NCBI GenBank assembly: GCA_964016885.1
Contig: OZ024740.1
Span: 410,006,001-410,070,000 of the forward strand
Direction of reading: 5' to 3'
DNA length: 64,000 nucleotides
Source of the DNA: Eledone cirrhosa
Taxonomy: Eukaryota
Shown: positions 24,167 through 37,579 of the stretch, one piece after another
Position numbering within the stretch: position 1 is the stretch's first letter
Layout of the letters: each line of letters opens with the position of its first letter
Program-made: the position numbers and the translations under genes
Notes under the pieces: model-generated
Seen by the model: only the letters and a program-made list of their open reading frames with translations
Database searches by the model: none
Told to the model about the DNA's origin: nothing

Positions 24167-26916
24167 TTGAATGAGTATGGTATAGACAAGTACATATGTT
24201 GTTGAGGTGTATAATATTGTCAATACTCTGATATGCCCAGTTCTTGGTTGGGTTGTTATTTCACTGAGGAACTGGAATCATATGAATTCAAACAAACGAA
24301 TTTCAGTGTCAAAGGGCCTCTTCTCCTCTCATTGGTCAGTTATTAGAACATTCCTCATTCTAAGTGTTGTTATTGTTGGAGTTAGCTTAAAAAATTGATA
24401 AAATGGTAGAAGGGACAAGGTTTTAAAGGAACAAAATAACAAAAAAAGTGTCAAACTTTCCATTGGTCAGTTCAGGTGGCACATGGCCAAAATATAACAT
24501 ATAGTCCGAAACGCCGGGATGGGGATAGCCCAACAGACACCCACACCCGCGTTGCCCGGGGGGAGGGAGAACCCTAACAATACAGGCAGAGCAGAAACAA
24601 ATAGGCACCATGTGCCCGACACCACCACACGGGCGGTGGTGACTAGTGCGCTTGACCACGAGATGAAGCACAATATGAGTAGCAGTCTCAGGCGTGACGC
24701 TAACCACCCCAGGACAGACGACCCCAACCGCAGGACACGTAGTGGGGGGGGGGGGACCACCCCACGATGGATCTCCCGGGACGGGCAACGACCACCCCAC
24801 AGATTCGGGCCGCGAAGATAACAAAAAGCATAGAGCCCAAAGGGGAAGCAACAGTGCGGAAACCACCTGCAACCCAACAAATCTCCAACAAATCACGACG
24901 CCCCCGACCCACATATATAGGAGGAGACACCGAAAAATCACGTGGTACAACCTACCCTACTCAGCAGCCCTAAAGAACAGCTTGGCCCGATCATTCTTTG
25001 GAGCACTTGACAAATGCTTCCCGAGGGACCACAGATACCACAGGATCTTCAACAGACACACTGTGAAGCTCTCGTATTCCATCACGAGAAATCTGGCCCA
25101 ACACATAGCTAGCATCAACAGAAGTAGGCTTAAAAACAACTCAGCAGAACCATGTGAAAGGAGGGAAGGGGGGACCCAGAGCCCACCCAAGAAACCCAAA
25201 CAGACCCGGGGACCCCCCACCAAGCCTGGGGGAAGACCAACATGTAACACATAACGGGAACCCTAATCTAAGAACGAAGAGGCCGACCACCCTCTGCAAC
25301 TGCAGAAACCCCGAATCATGCCCCCTTGGTAATGAATTCCTCAAGAAGAACCTAGTATACGGTTGTAGGGTTAAAACCCCCAACTCCGAACACCTCTATA
25401 TAGGAGCCACATCAACGAGCTTTAAAGACCGCTGGTACAACCATCGCCATTCATTCAATAAGGAGGCCAAAAGGAAAAGCACGGCTCTCTCCGACCTGAT
25501 CTGGAAGCTTAAGCTGGACAGGACCCATACTCTCTGGCCTGGTACATAATCAGGAAAGTACCACCCGATAAAGGAGGATCTTGCATATGCAAACTATGCC
25601 TGAACGAGACCCTCGAGATACTAAGAGGTGGAAGCGGCCTGATAAACCTCAGAACCGACTTCTTCGGGACATGCAGACACCTTAGAGCCGGGACCTTTCT
25701 CAAGATATATGGACAGTAGCAACACAAGAAGATGTGAACTCCCCTCAAGCTATAGGGACTTCTACAGAACATGGAAACACCTCTCGACCAGACCTCCCTC
25801 AAGCTATATGGGCAGTAACAACACCCTAGGCTGTGAACTCCCCTCAAGCCATAGGGAACAACCCAGGCTGAGCAGACACCATGAAAGCCTAGAGATTGAA
25901 TCGGACACAGCCATTATAATTTGGCCAACATCTATATAACACAAACACTTTTTAATTTACTTGATTTCAGATTTTCAAGTTCCAATTTTAAATCTTGATT
26001 TCTCTTTATTAATTGGTTATTTGTTTTCTGCCCTCTTCACTGTATCACCTTATATTTATTTTTAAGTTGAGAATGATTATAACACAAACACATTTTGTTT
26101 GATTATCTTATTTTAACATCTTGTTCCTCATACCAATCTATCCAACATATTTCTGACCTTGAGATTGGTTATAGCACACACACACTTTATCCTACATTAT
26201 TTTTCACTTCTCCATATTCATTTTCATTACTTTTTCACCAATTTTTCATTTATTCTTTATTCTTTATTCTCTATTTATTTATTTTCAAATTATACAAATT
26301 ATATTAATTATTTTATTATATTATTTATTTTCTGTTCTCTTCATTTATTGCCTTATATTTTTTCATATACATGGAAGAACACCCCCCCCCCCCCCACCAC
26401 CACCACTATGAGAGATGATGGCAGAAGGGATGAAGAAAAAACACACACTGGATACTTCTAAATTGTTAGCAGCAGCAAGACCACAACACCAACAACACTA
26501 CCAAAATAATGGTAGAGGTCAAATGTACTTAACAATAGCAAACACAAACACTACAGGGAGCCTCACGCCAGAAAGAATTCTATAGACTTTTGACTGAGGA
26601 ATGCTCTCAGAACTGACCAATGGGAAGTTTGACACTTTTTTTGTTATTTTGTTCCTTTAACACATTGTCCCTTCTACCATTTTATCAATTTTTTAAGCTA
26701 ACTCCAACAATAACAACACTTAGAATGAGGAATGTTCTAATAACTGACCAATGAGAGGAGAAGAAGCCCTTTGACACTGAAATTCGTTTGTTTGAATTCA
26801 TATGATTTCAGTTCCTCAGTGAAATAACAACCCAACCACGAACTGGGCATATTAGAGTATTGACAATATTATACACCTCAACAACATATGTACTTGTCTA
26901 TACCATACTCATTCAA

Positions 26917-26971
26917 ACTGCCTGAAGAGGTCACAGCCAAAGATGGCTGTCACTGAAATATATATAGCAGT
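26917..26971 (+). ncRNA. Minimal type-I hammerhead ribozyme in the pLTR
   Basis: actgc CTGAAGA ggtcacagcca aaga tggctgtcact GAAA tatata TA gcagt. Stem I is actgc/gcagt and stem III is palindromic. Confidence 0.75.
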
Positions 26972-27789
26972 AATAAACGAAGCTAAATTTTAAACATTTG
27001 ACTTTTTATTTAACTTTATTTTGCATTACTCCGGAGTAACCAAACCAACCTGCGCACTTCGTCGAGTGCTCCAGCCTGCATACTCAGGTGTTGGTATACA
27101 ACCAACATATACTCAAAATCTCTCTCTCTCTATATATATATATTACCGTCATTACTGATACAAGATTACAAGATTATGTCAACTGTTGACTTTCAAGAGT
27201 TCGTATAGTTGAAGCCGTTCGTATTACAGTCCAGTATTAGTATAATTGCTTCACAGCATAGAACTATGGCTCTGAGCTTAAATCCCGCTCTGAGCTTAAA
27301 TCCCGCCGAGGTCAACCTTGCCTTTCATCCCCACGGAGTCAACAAAGAGAGTACCAGTAATGCGCTGGACCAGTCGCTGGATCCGTGCCAAAAGCAGAAA
27401 AATTATTATTATTAAAGTTGTTTTCTTAAGGCCCGGTCGCTGGTGGTGGTGGTGGTAGTGGCAGTTGATGTTGTTGTTGTGTTGTGTGCGTGTGCGTGTG
27501 TGTGTGTGTGTTTTGCTATTTTGAGTTTTTATTTATTTTTTTATTTTATTTTATTTTTTTAATCGTTGATGCCGCTGTTGTTGTTGTTGTAAATGTTCAT
27601 TTCAATTCATTCTGAAGCTGTTGTTGCTGTAAACATTAGTGCCGGTGTTGTTGTAGATGTTGGAGTTGAAATCCGGTCGTTTGACTGAGTGATGTATATA
27701 CACACATATACATACATATATATATATACACACACATACATACATACATACATACATACATACATACATACATACATACATACATACAT

Positions 27790-27840
<51 letters not shown>

Positions 27841-27842
<2 letters not shown>

Positions 27843-28744
27843 GTGGCGGACTGGCCAAGTTGCCAGGTTGCCCAATGGCAAGTGGGCCCCCTGGGGCCCA
27901 CGGTTTGGATTGCAAGAGCCCACAGTACCATTGCAGGGTCCACTGTAGTATTTTAGGGGCCAATTCTTTGCTTTCAAAAATACCCGAAATCTAAGAGAAA
28001 GAATAAAATAATAAAAAAAAAATCAAACAATTAAGCAAAGCATTTGGTCAACCAATTCCACACGGAATTAATAGAAATCGATCTTAAGTGGGAGCAATAA
28101 CATTAAGAAAGACATGAACAACACCACAACACTTTGTTTTGAAAATTTTGAAAGTAGGTTTATAAGTATGATTTTCGTAGTTGTCTCTGTGGCCTAGCGG
28201 TAGGTACTAGAAACGTTGGAGCTCCTGGCCATGGGTTCAATCCTGATCAAGAGTTACTTGTAACCTTTTTTTTCAATTTTTTATTTTATAACCAATAGAA
28301 AAAACTGAAAAGGTTTACCGGGAACCCTACACCCGACCAGGATCAAACTTCAGAATAGGATCACCACCGTCCATGATTCCTCCAACTAGGCCACCAAGAC
28401 AGTTACAAAAGTATAATGAAAATTGATAATTATAAACCTACTTTCAAATTCAAAGTTAAAAAGATGTGGTGTCGTTCATGGCTTTCCTATAGCTGTTAGT
28501 CATATTTAGGGTCGACTTCAGGTCATTATTGAAAGTCCCTGGATTTCGCAAAATACATAATATATTTTATTGGAGAAGGTAAGATATTTTTCCGCAAAAA
28601 TTTGATTGCACTGTTTTGTTTCCACTTATATATTTTTCGAAAATGTTATTTATTCATTATAAAAATTAAATGATAGCATTCTATATGTAGGTGGGCCCCC
28701 TTCATCTCCTGGCAACCAATATTTTTGAACCCAGTCCGCCACTG
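27841..28744. mobile_element. Non-autonomous hAT element (904 bp)
   Basis: 14-bp TIR cagtggcggactgg / ccagtccgccactg and 8-bp TSD tatatatg (27833-27840, 28745-28752). Confidence 0.9.
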
Positions 28745-28864
28745 TATATATGTATATATTTATATATGTATATAAATATAATATATGTATATATGTATAT
28801 AAATATAAATATAAAACTGTTTTGTGAAGCCAGTACTAGCGGCGAAACTTGAAAATTAATAATC

Positions 28865-29065
28865 ACTATCAATAAGCTCACAATTGAGGGGAAGGGGAAA
28901 GTCGAATATATCGACTACAGTATTTAACTAGTACTGTACTTTATTTTATCGACCCCGGAAGGATGAAAAGCAAAGTTGATCTCGGCGGGATTTAAACACA
29001 GAATGTATGAAGTCGTAACTAAATACCATAGAATATAGTCTACAAATATTGCCTACCACCCTCCC
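28865..29065 (-). mobile_element. SINE family A, diverged
   Basis: actttattttatcgaccccggaaggatgaaaagcaaagttgatctcggcgggattt. Confidence 0.75.
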
Positions 29066-29069
29066 TAGT

Positions 29070-29919
29070 TACTGTTAATAATAGTTTCTTTATTAGTCAC
29101 ATAGGTCACTGTTAATAATAGTTACTTTATTAGTCACATAGGTCAGTGTTAATAATAGTTACTTTATTAGTCACATAGGTCATTGTTAATAATAGTTTCT
29201 TTATTAGTCACATAGGTCACTGTTAATAATAGTTTCTTTATTAGTCACATAGGTCACTGTTAATAATAGTTTCTTTATTAGTCACATAGGTCAGTGTTAA
29301 TAATAGTTACTTTATTAGTCACATAGGTCACTGTTAATAATAGTTTCTTTATTAGTCACATAGGTCAGTGTAATAATAGTTACTTTATTAGTCACATAGG
29401 TCACTGTTAATAATAGTTTCTTTATTAGTCACATAGGTCACTGTTAATAATAGTTTCTTTATTAGTCACATAGGTCAGTGTTAATAATAGTTACTTTATT
29501 AGTCACATAGGTCACTGTTAATAATAGTTTCTTTATTAGTCACATAGGTCAGTGTTAATAATAGTTACTTTATTAGTCACATAGGTCACTGTTAATAATA
29601 GTTTCTTTATTAGTCACATAGGTCACTGTTAATAATAGTTTCTTTATTAGTCACATAGGTCAGTGTTAATAATAGTTACTTTATTAGTCACATAGGTCAC
29701 TGTTAATAATAGTTTCTTTATTAGTCACATAGGTCACTGTTAATAATAGTTTCTTTATTAGTCACATAGGTCACTGTTAATAATAGTTACTTTATTAGTC
29801 ACATAGGTTACTGTTAATAATAGTTTCTTTATTAGTCACATAGGTTACTGTTAATAATAGTTTCTTTATTAGTCACATAGGTCACTGTTAATAATAGTTT
29901 CTTTATTAGTCACATAGGT
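29070..29919. repeat. Minisatellite, 23 x 37 bp (cactgttaataatagtttctttattagtcacataggt)
   Basis: Head-to-tail units with no spacers; variants are cactg/cagtg and gtttc/gttac. Confidence 0.95.
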
Positions 29920-32900
29920 CAGTGGTCGCCAACCTTTCTAAAACCGAGGAACCCTTTAAATATTTTGAATTCTTCATGGAACCTATACAATACAAAACTT
30001 TTCCAAAATAATTATAAAGTATTTATTTATTTTAGTGTTTCATGCGTGTGTATGTAATCGAATACAATGGCTTTTCTGCTGCTGCGCCTCATCAGTGAGT
30101 TTAGAAAATCGGGGTTCAACACTAGTTAATGCCAGTCTCATACACTCGTCAATTGCTGACAGTTTATTCCTCTTCTTTGTGCAGATTTCCACCAACTGTG
30201 AAAACCCTTTTTCGCACAAATAGCTAGATGGGAATAAAGTCAAATACTTCAATGCAAGTTGGCTGATTTCATTAAACTCCCCAATCAAGAATAAGTCGAT
30301 CCATAGTTCTTTCTTTCTGCTTTCGAATATCACTTTCAGGTCTTCGTTTGAATTCAAATCCATCAACTGATGTAAGCATTGAGCAGGTAGTAAATTTTTA
30401 CAATTTCCAGCGTCATTTTCTGACACTAACTGCTCGATCTCGGTGAATGGGTTTTTTATCCATAAATTTCCGCTAACAATATCTTTTTCCATCAAGTCAA
30501 AATAATCTGAAAAACCTGTGGAAAGCACATTTAAATGAGAAAAAATAATCTTCTTTAGATTGCTGGAGTCAAAATTTTCTCTCTTTTTAAGCTCTATTTC
30601 AAGGTTTGAAAGTAATTGTCCGATTCAATTCTTTTTATAAAGATGTTTAATTTTGATTGAAAATATGTAATAAAATTGATTGAAGTAAAAATATCTGCAT
30701 TGTTACCCTGAAGACACTTATTTAGTTTGTTCAGTTCACCAAAAATGTCTACTAAATAAGCGAGTTGCACATTCCATTCATTGGTTTCTAATACACTTGC
30801 TCTTTCATCATTCTGTTTTTTTAGAAAAACTATTATTTCTTCTCTCAGTTCAAAAACTCTCTTCATAGCATCCCCAAAAGACAGCCAACGCACATCATTG
30901 TTCAATAACAATCTATTATAATTACTTCCAGAAGATTCACAAATAGATTCAAACATTCTAGAATTTTTTGCTCTTGCATGGATCAAATTGATAATTTTGA
31001 CAATGTCTTTCAGCTGGTCATTTAATATTTGAGCATCTCTGTCTTTGAATTTTTTTTAACACAAAACCTCTCGATGAATCATACAATGAATTGAAATACA
31101 ATTTGGGGTCTGTTCTTTAATTTTTGCAATCAAACCAGTCATTGCAGCTGCTCCATCTGTTGTTATTGAAGTCAACTTGCTCCAAGATACACCATTTTTT
31201 AAAAAATACTCTTCAATTTTATTGAATATATCTTGACCTTTAGTTGTGATGTCTAATGCCAGACAAAACAAATACTCTTCTACTAATTCTTTTTTATCAA
31301 GGTCTACAAACCGTACATAGCAAATTAATTGAGCCTTGTTATTAATATCCGTAGTTTCGTCCACTTACAGTCCAAAACATGGGCTTTTCTTTAGTGCAGT
31401 TAGTATCTGATTTTCTATATCAGAAGAAATATCAATTATCCCTCTTTTTACGGTATTTGCTGACAATGGTAACTGGCTTAATTTTTCTTTGTCCTTAATA
31501 CTGCAGCTTTCAAAAAGATTCTCTGTAGCAATTTTTATACTTGGCAGAATTAACTGTTCTCCTAATCTAAATGGTTTCTTGTTTTTACCAATCAAATGTG
31601 AAATCTCAAAAGATGTTCTTGTTAAAGCTTTATTTCTATCTGACTTTTTACAAAACAAGTCATACATATTAGCTTGTGATTTTTTAATGTTGTTTTTCAG
31701 CGAAGTAAAGTATTCCAGTGACTTGTTTTTATCATTGGTGTGATTAGTATCAATGTGTCTTTTAAGTTTTGCAGGATTTAAACAGCTATTTGATAGAACT
31801 TTTGAACATAGCAAACACATGGACTGATCTGGTGTATCTTTTTTAGTGTCAGCTTTTTGAAATCCATATCTAACATAATCATCACACCACTGTCTAACCT
31901 TACTGCTGGTATCTAACTTCAGCTTCTTTGCAGTAGACATCATATCAATGTTATTTATCTACAGTTAACATTTTTAATATGACATTAATAAACAAGAGAA
32001 ATTAACAGTTTTTTTAATTACAAAAAGTACTTAAATTAACTTTAATTTTAGATATTTGGAAAAACTTAACTAGTTAAAAAAAAATTTTAATTTTTAAAAA
32101 TTGAAATTTCTCCATTTTAGGATGGCAAACATATTATTTAAAGTCTTATAATAATATTAAAATATTAGGGGTTACTGAAAAAGGTGCACATTTATGAAGA
32201 CATTTTTTTCAGAGTCCAGCACTTCCTGCATATACTACTTTAGGGTCGTATTAAATATTATTGGTAATGTAAATATATTTAAATATCCGCCATACTAAAA
32301 GGTGCAAAAATGCAAATCAGCTGATAGTGTAGATGTGACGATGGTATTGGAAATTAATTCAGATATCTTCTATCTATTTTGACTCAAAGTTAGATATAAT
32401 ATAAGAAGGCTTTAGGCTGCGTTAAACATATATTAGATTGGAACAAATAAAGTTTAGTCAAATGTTTGTGGACATATATATTTATTGTATAAAGTAATTT
32501 GTCAATTGTGAATGCAGATGTCATCAAATGAATACATAATTGTGTGGCAAAGTTTATAGTGTATGCATGGAATACAAAATTACCTTTGTTAGTAGTAAAA
32601 ACTTTACAGGCGTTATATTTTCTGTGTAAAGTACAACAGAATGTAACGTGTTATTATTTAGAATTGTCTGTGGAACTGGATGCATGTTGAAAACGACTAG
32701 TAAGCGAGTTCACTCAGTGAGGAAACTTTAGACGACTTTAAAGCTTTTGTGAGGGCAGCAGATTAAAACGTGTTCTCTATTGAAAACATTCTACTGAACT
32801 TACGTTGTGAGAACAGCGAACTGACCCTGCCTCTTGGCTGAGAGACCTTGCTGAACTGAAGTTTTCAGTTTAAAATTATGCTGTCATCGACCAACATTTA

Positions 32901-33280
32901 CTTGTTCGTGATTGGTCAATTTCTAAGTTCAATTAGTGTATTATGAGTAGTAGTCAAATCCTCGGAATTCAGAAAACTATGTCTTTCCAAGAATTGATGT
33001 GAAATTGAAAGTATTCAATTTCCACGAATCTCAGAACAGTGTTTTTCTGTTAATTCAAGTGAGAAACTGAAAGTAGTGTTTTCGACGAATTGGAGTGGAG
33101 AACCTGTGTACACTACAATAGTACTTGTTCATTTATACATTGCACCTTTGGCATTTTCTTTGCACCTTTTTCAGAAAACCCAAAATATTAATGGTAATTT
33201 AAATATTTATTTTTTTAAGGAACCCGGAGTTTGTTTTACGGAACCCCAAGGTTCCGCGGAACCCATGTTGGCGACCACTG
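29920..33280 (-). mobile_element. Complete hAT transposon, Buster/Charlie type (3361 bp)
   Basis: TIR cagtggtcgccaac / gttggcgaccactg and 8-bp TSD acaTAggt (29912-29919, 33281-33288), matching the nnnTAnnn Buster pattern. Confidence 0.95.
30040..31943 (-). pseudogene. hAT Buster-type transposase (ZBED5/ZBED8-like), disrupted
   Basis: BED-like CLLC...KLKRHIDTNH, DETTD, TTDGAAAM, HCMIHRE, VRWLS, LAYLVDIF and SSYLCEKGFS motifs across four ORF pieces. Confidence 0.92.
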
Positions 33281-33294
33281 ACATAGGTGACTGT

Positions 33295-33666
33295 TAATAA
33301 TAGTTTCTACTTTATGCACAAGACCAACAATTTGAAGGGGAGGGGAAAGTCTATTAAATCGACCCCAGTACACCACTGGTGCTTCATTTTATCGACACAG
33401 CAAGGATGAAAGGCAAAGCTAACCTCGGCGGGATTTTAACACAGATTATAAAGGGAGGTAACTCTATGCCGCGAAGCATGGTGTCTGATATTCTAACGAT
33501 GCTGCCAATCCACCGCTCCCTGTCACTGTTAATAATTGTTTCTACTTTTGGCACAAGTCCAGTAATTATCTCAGTACATTACTGGTACTTTATTTTATCG
33601 ACCCCGTAAGGATGAAAGGTAAAGTTAACCTTGACGCCCAACCGATACTACCAATCCATCGCCCTA
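33295..33666 (-). mobile_element. Two tandem SINE family A copies
   Basis: 33295-33520 and 33530-33666, separated and flanked by gtcactgttaataa-type repeats. Confidence 0.85.
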
Positions 33667-33780
33667 GTCACTGTTAATAAAAACATTTATTTTGACTGTC
33701 CAATCAATATCTGAATCTATCATATAGTCGCCTATTGTTTTCACAATTGTTCAATGTATTTAAAAACACAAACCTATAAA

Positions 33781-33886
<106 letters not shown>

Positions 33887-34149
33887 CTCTGTATGTTACG
33901 GTGGTTAAGGTTATTGACACTTATGATTTGAAAGAAAAACAAATGGATGAAGTTAACGTAAACATCGATTTGGGGGGAAAAATTGCTTTCATTGCTTTTT
34001 CTCTTCGAATGAATTACGATATTGTACAATATTTTTTTAATTTTTAAATAAAACTAATTCTCTAAGGCTGAAACCTACCCATTTCAGATTTGAATATTAT
34101 TTGTATTTTTACTAAATTTCAATAAGTTGCAAAGTATCATTTTGAAATG

Positions 34150-34450
34150 TCCGTCAATAGAGGTCAATATGGACCTTTGTCACTTTCGACGATGAATGTT
34201 CCAGTTGTTTGGTCAATGGAACAGCCTGCTTATGAAATTAACGTGTAAGTGACTGACCAATTCACAGACACGTGTACCCTTAATGTAATTGTCAAGATTC
34301 AGGGTGACACATTTGAATTACAGATGCAGTCCACAATACGGGCTTCCAAACAGTTTCCGTCTGCTTAATTACATTTACAAAGCATGGGTTGACCGAGGTT
34401 AAGGTGCCACGTAGTGGGATTGAACTCCGGACTTAATGATTCCGAAGCAA
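34150..34450. mobile_element. Degenerate SINE remnants of other families
   Basis: tRNA-like gggattgaactc on the minus strand; the aaacagt...aaggt segment resembles 7600-7760. Confidence 0.45.
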
Positions 34451-34638
34451 AGTTTTAAACATTCGGCCATACGATGTTCACAAAAATCAAGATATAAGCC
34501 AGTAGTTTCAGAAAAAAGCATGAAAATTATAGAAATGCTCTATAGGTATAGACGTGCCTGGTTAAGGTGGTTGTTTGCTATGTAACCACGAGGTTTGGGT
34601 GCAGTCCTTGAGCATGTATCTTCTACTATATGCTTAGT

Positions 34639-34812
<174 letters not shown>

Positions 34813-34842
34813 GGTATTAGAGGTACGAATATACATGTGAAC

Positions 34843-34934
34843 ACATATCTGAAGAGTTTCCGATTCCAGAGTCAGGATCGATCATTAATCGATCGTTCCT
34901 CGAGCTGATCGGCAGTGAAACATATGTAATATGT
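34843..34934 (+). ncRNA. Type-I hammerhead ribozyme motif with extended stem II
   Basis: acatat CTGAAGA gtttccgat...gatcgat catta atcgatc...atcggcagt GAAA catatg TA atatgt. It has a 6-bp stem I, a palindromic catatg stem III and a GUA triplet. Confidence 0.75.
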
Positions 34935-34976
34935 AATTAAATATGTATATGATGCAATATTGATTCTTTGTTCCTT

Positions 34977-35625
<649 letters not shown>

Positions 35626-35964
35626 CGTGTACGTGCGTGTACGTGTGCTTCGTTACTAGGTGATGAGTCGTTATAAAGAATATTTAAACTCTACTTCTTT
35701 ATTGATTGCTCATCTTCACGTCTGTCAACATCACACGGATATACACACACTTAGTAACTCACTCACACACACACATATATATAGCCGACTTTTTTTTCCT
35801 TGGGAAGTAATGACGTTAAGAAGACAACATCTCCAGTGTGGAGCTGCATATATTCATACGACAGCGGGGTTTTTGAAAAAAGTCATATTCTTGCTATGAA
35901 AACAATCAGGATCATTTCCAGCTACCATATACGGAAAATAATATTAATAGTAGTAATATGATTA

Positions 35965-36150
35965 AACATCTTAAGCATAATAAAGAAAGGAGTGCGGGAT
36001 TGCGTCCAGAATATATATTTTTTATCCCATTAATAAAATAAGTTGGATTACTTTGAATAAATAATGAATGAATATTACATAATTTATCTACTAAATTTCG
36101 TAATTCTTGATTAAATATAAATAATTTTATTGCTTATTTTAAGATTCACA
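35965..36150 (-). repeat. Inverted copy of the 5015-5200 dispersed repeat
   Basis: Contains the 69-bp identical core at 36034-36102. Confidence 0.8.
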
Positions 36151-36404
36151 TGTTTTCTGCTAGTAAAGATAATGAAGGTATAAACAATAGTAAAAATAAT
36201 AATAATATTGAAAACATTGATAATAATTGTTTCTACTTTTGGCACACGGCCAGCAATTATCCTATGTAAGTATATTTGAAACTGAGCGAGTTTGAAAATA
36301 AAAATAGAAGCTTTCGCCGTATTTTGACAAAAGAAATTTTAGCCTGATAGTGGGATTTAGAACCCTCTAAGAAATGGAAAAAGATGAGTATTGACGTACG
36401 GGTC

Positions 36405-37053
36405 CCTTCCGGGTCGTACTCGAAGATCCATGACTCATCACCGGTGATGACTGTCCCTAGCAAGTCTGGTTCGGTTTCAAGACGCTCGAGGATGTCCTGG
36501 CACACTTGCATGCGTCGACCCTTCTGGTCATCGTTCAGCAGTTTTGGCACCATCTTCGCACAGACTTTCCGCATGTCCAAATCTTCAGTGAGAATCTTCC
36601 AGACGCTGTCCCGATTCATGCTCAGCTCATTTGCCATCAGTCGAACAGTCAGCCGACGATCCCTACGCACCATCTGCCTGACGCGCTCAACGTTGATCTC
36701 AGTCCTGGTTGTTGAGGGCCTTCCGCTCCTGGGGTCATCTTCCACGTCCTCGCGTGACATCGTCTCATCTCCATACACTTCCTGCAGCAATCCCAGTGCT
36801 TCTGACGGAGTTTTCCCCAACCGTACCAGAAACTTCAAGTTTGTTCATTGCTCTGTGCTCATTGCTTGACGACCTGAAACAGAGGACATGTATATAAAAT
36901 TATGAAGAAAAAAGTTTGATTGCTGCAGAGAGCTAAGATTACAGTTACATACTCCAGGGGGATTACTTTGAAGGAGAAAACTCTTAGTGTGAAGTTTGGG
37001 TTTGAAATAAATCTTTTGTGTTATCAGTCCTGGGACTTTTCTGACACACCTCG
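36405..37053 (-). mobile_element. Mariner remnant (HTH and first catalytic Asp; one TIR)
   Basis: KFLVRLGKTPSEA...DDPRSGRPST...KVCAKMVPKLL...ITGDESWIFEYDPE. The minus-strand terminus ta-cgaggtgtgtcagaaaagt ends at 37053, next to TA. Confidence 0.9.
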
Positions 37054-37113
37054 TATGATATATATATCAAATGTATATATATTATGTATTATATATATAT
37101 TATATAATACATA

Positions 37114-37303
37114 AGGGTGGTGGATTGGCAGTATCGGTAGAGGGTCGGACGCCATGCTTTCCAGCATAGTTACGTCCCTTTACGTTCTGAGTTCAAATCC
37201 CGCCGAGGTTGACTTTGCCTTTCATCCTTACGGGGTCGATAAAATAAAGTACCAGTAATGCACTGGGTAATTGCTGGCCTTGTGCCTAAAGTAGAAACAA
37301 TTA
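37114..37303 (+). mobile_element. SINE family A
   Basis: Full-length copy. Confidence 0.9.
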
Positions 37304-37367
37304 TATATATATTATATATATGTTATATATATATAATATATATGTTTTATATATCTATATATGTTTT

Positions 37368-37420
<53 letters not shown>

Positions 37421-37525
37421 TATATATATACACACATATATATATATATATATATATAATATATCATATATATATAATATATATATAATCATATATATAT
37501 ATAATATATAAATATTATATATATA

Positions 37526-37579
<54 letters not shown>

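Larger units (their letters stand above)
24061..27120 (+). mobile_element. Penelope-like element (Naiad-like), RT-less, with inverted pLTR
   Basis: RKITWYNLPYS...IFNRHTVKLSYS, CNCR...CPL, VY...YIGAT...FKDRWYNH, CKLC...CRH (24900-25719, frameshifted). 24061-24473 is an inverted copy of 26610-27022 (413 bp). Confidence 0.88.

Noticed and set aside
25154-25719. Selenocysteine-encoding Naiad
   Set aside because: The conserved Cys positions I checked use TGC; the interruptions are frameshifts, not in-frame TGA.
29070-29919. CRISPR-like array (37-bp period)
   Set aside because: Units are contiguous with no unique spacers, there are no cas genes, and the context is eukaryotic.
30040-31943. Domesticated ZBED5/ZBED8-like host gene
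   Set aside because: It has multiple stops and frameshifts and is flanked by intact TIRs and a TSD, so it is a transposon copy.
36257-36838. SETMAR or an intact mariner transposase
   Set aside because: There is an internal deletion in the HTH region, truncation after the first catalytic Asp and no SET domain.
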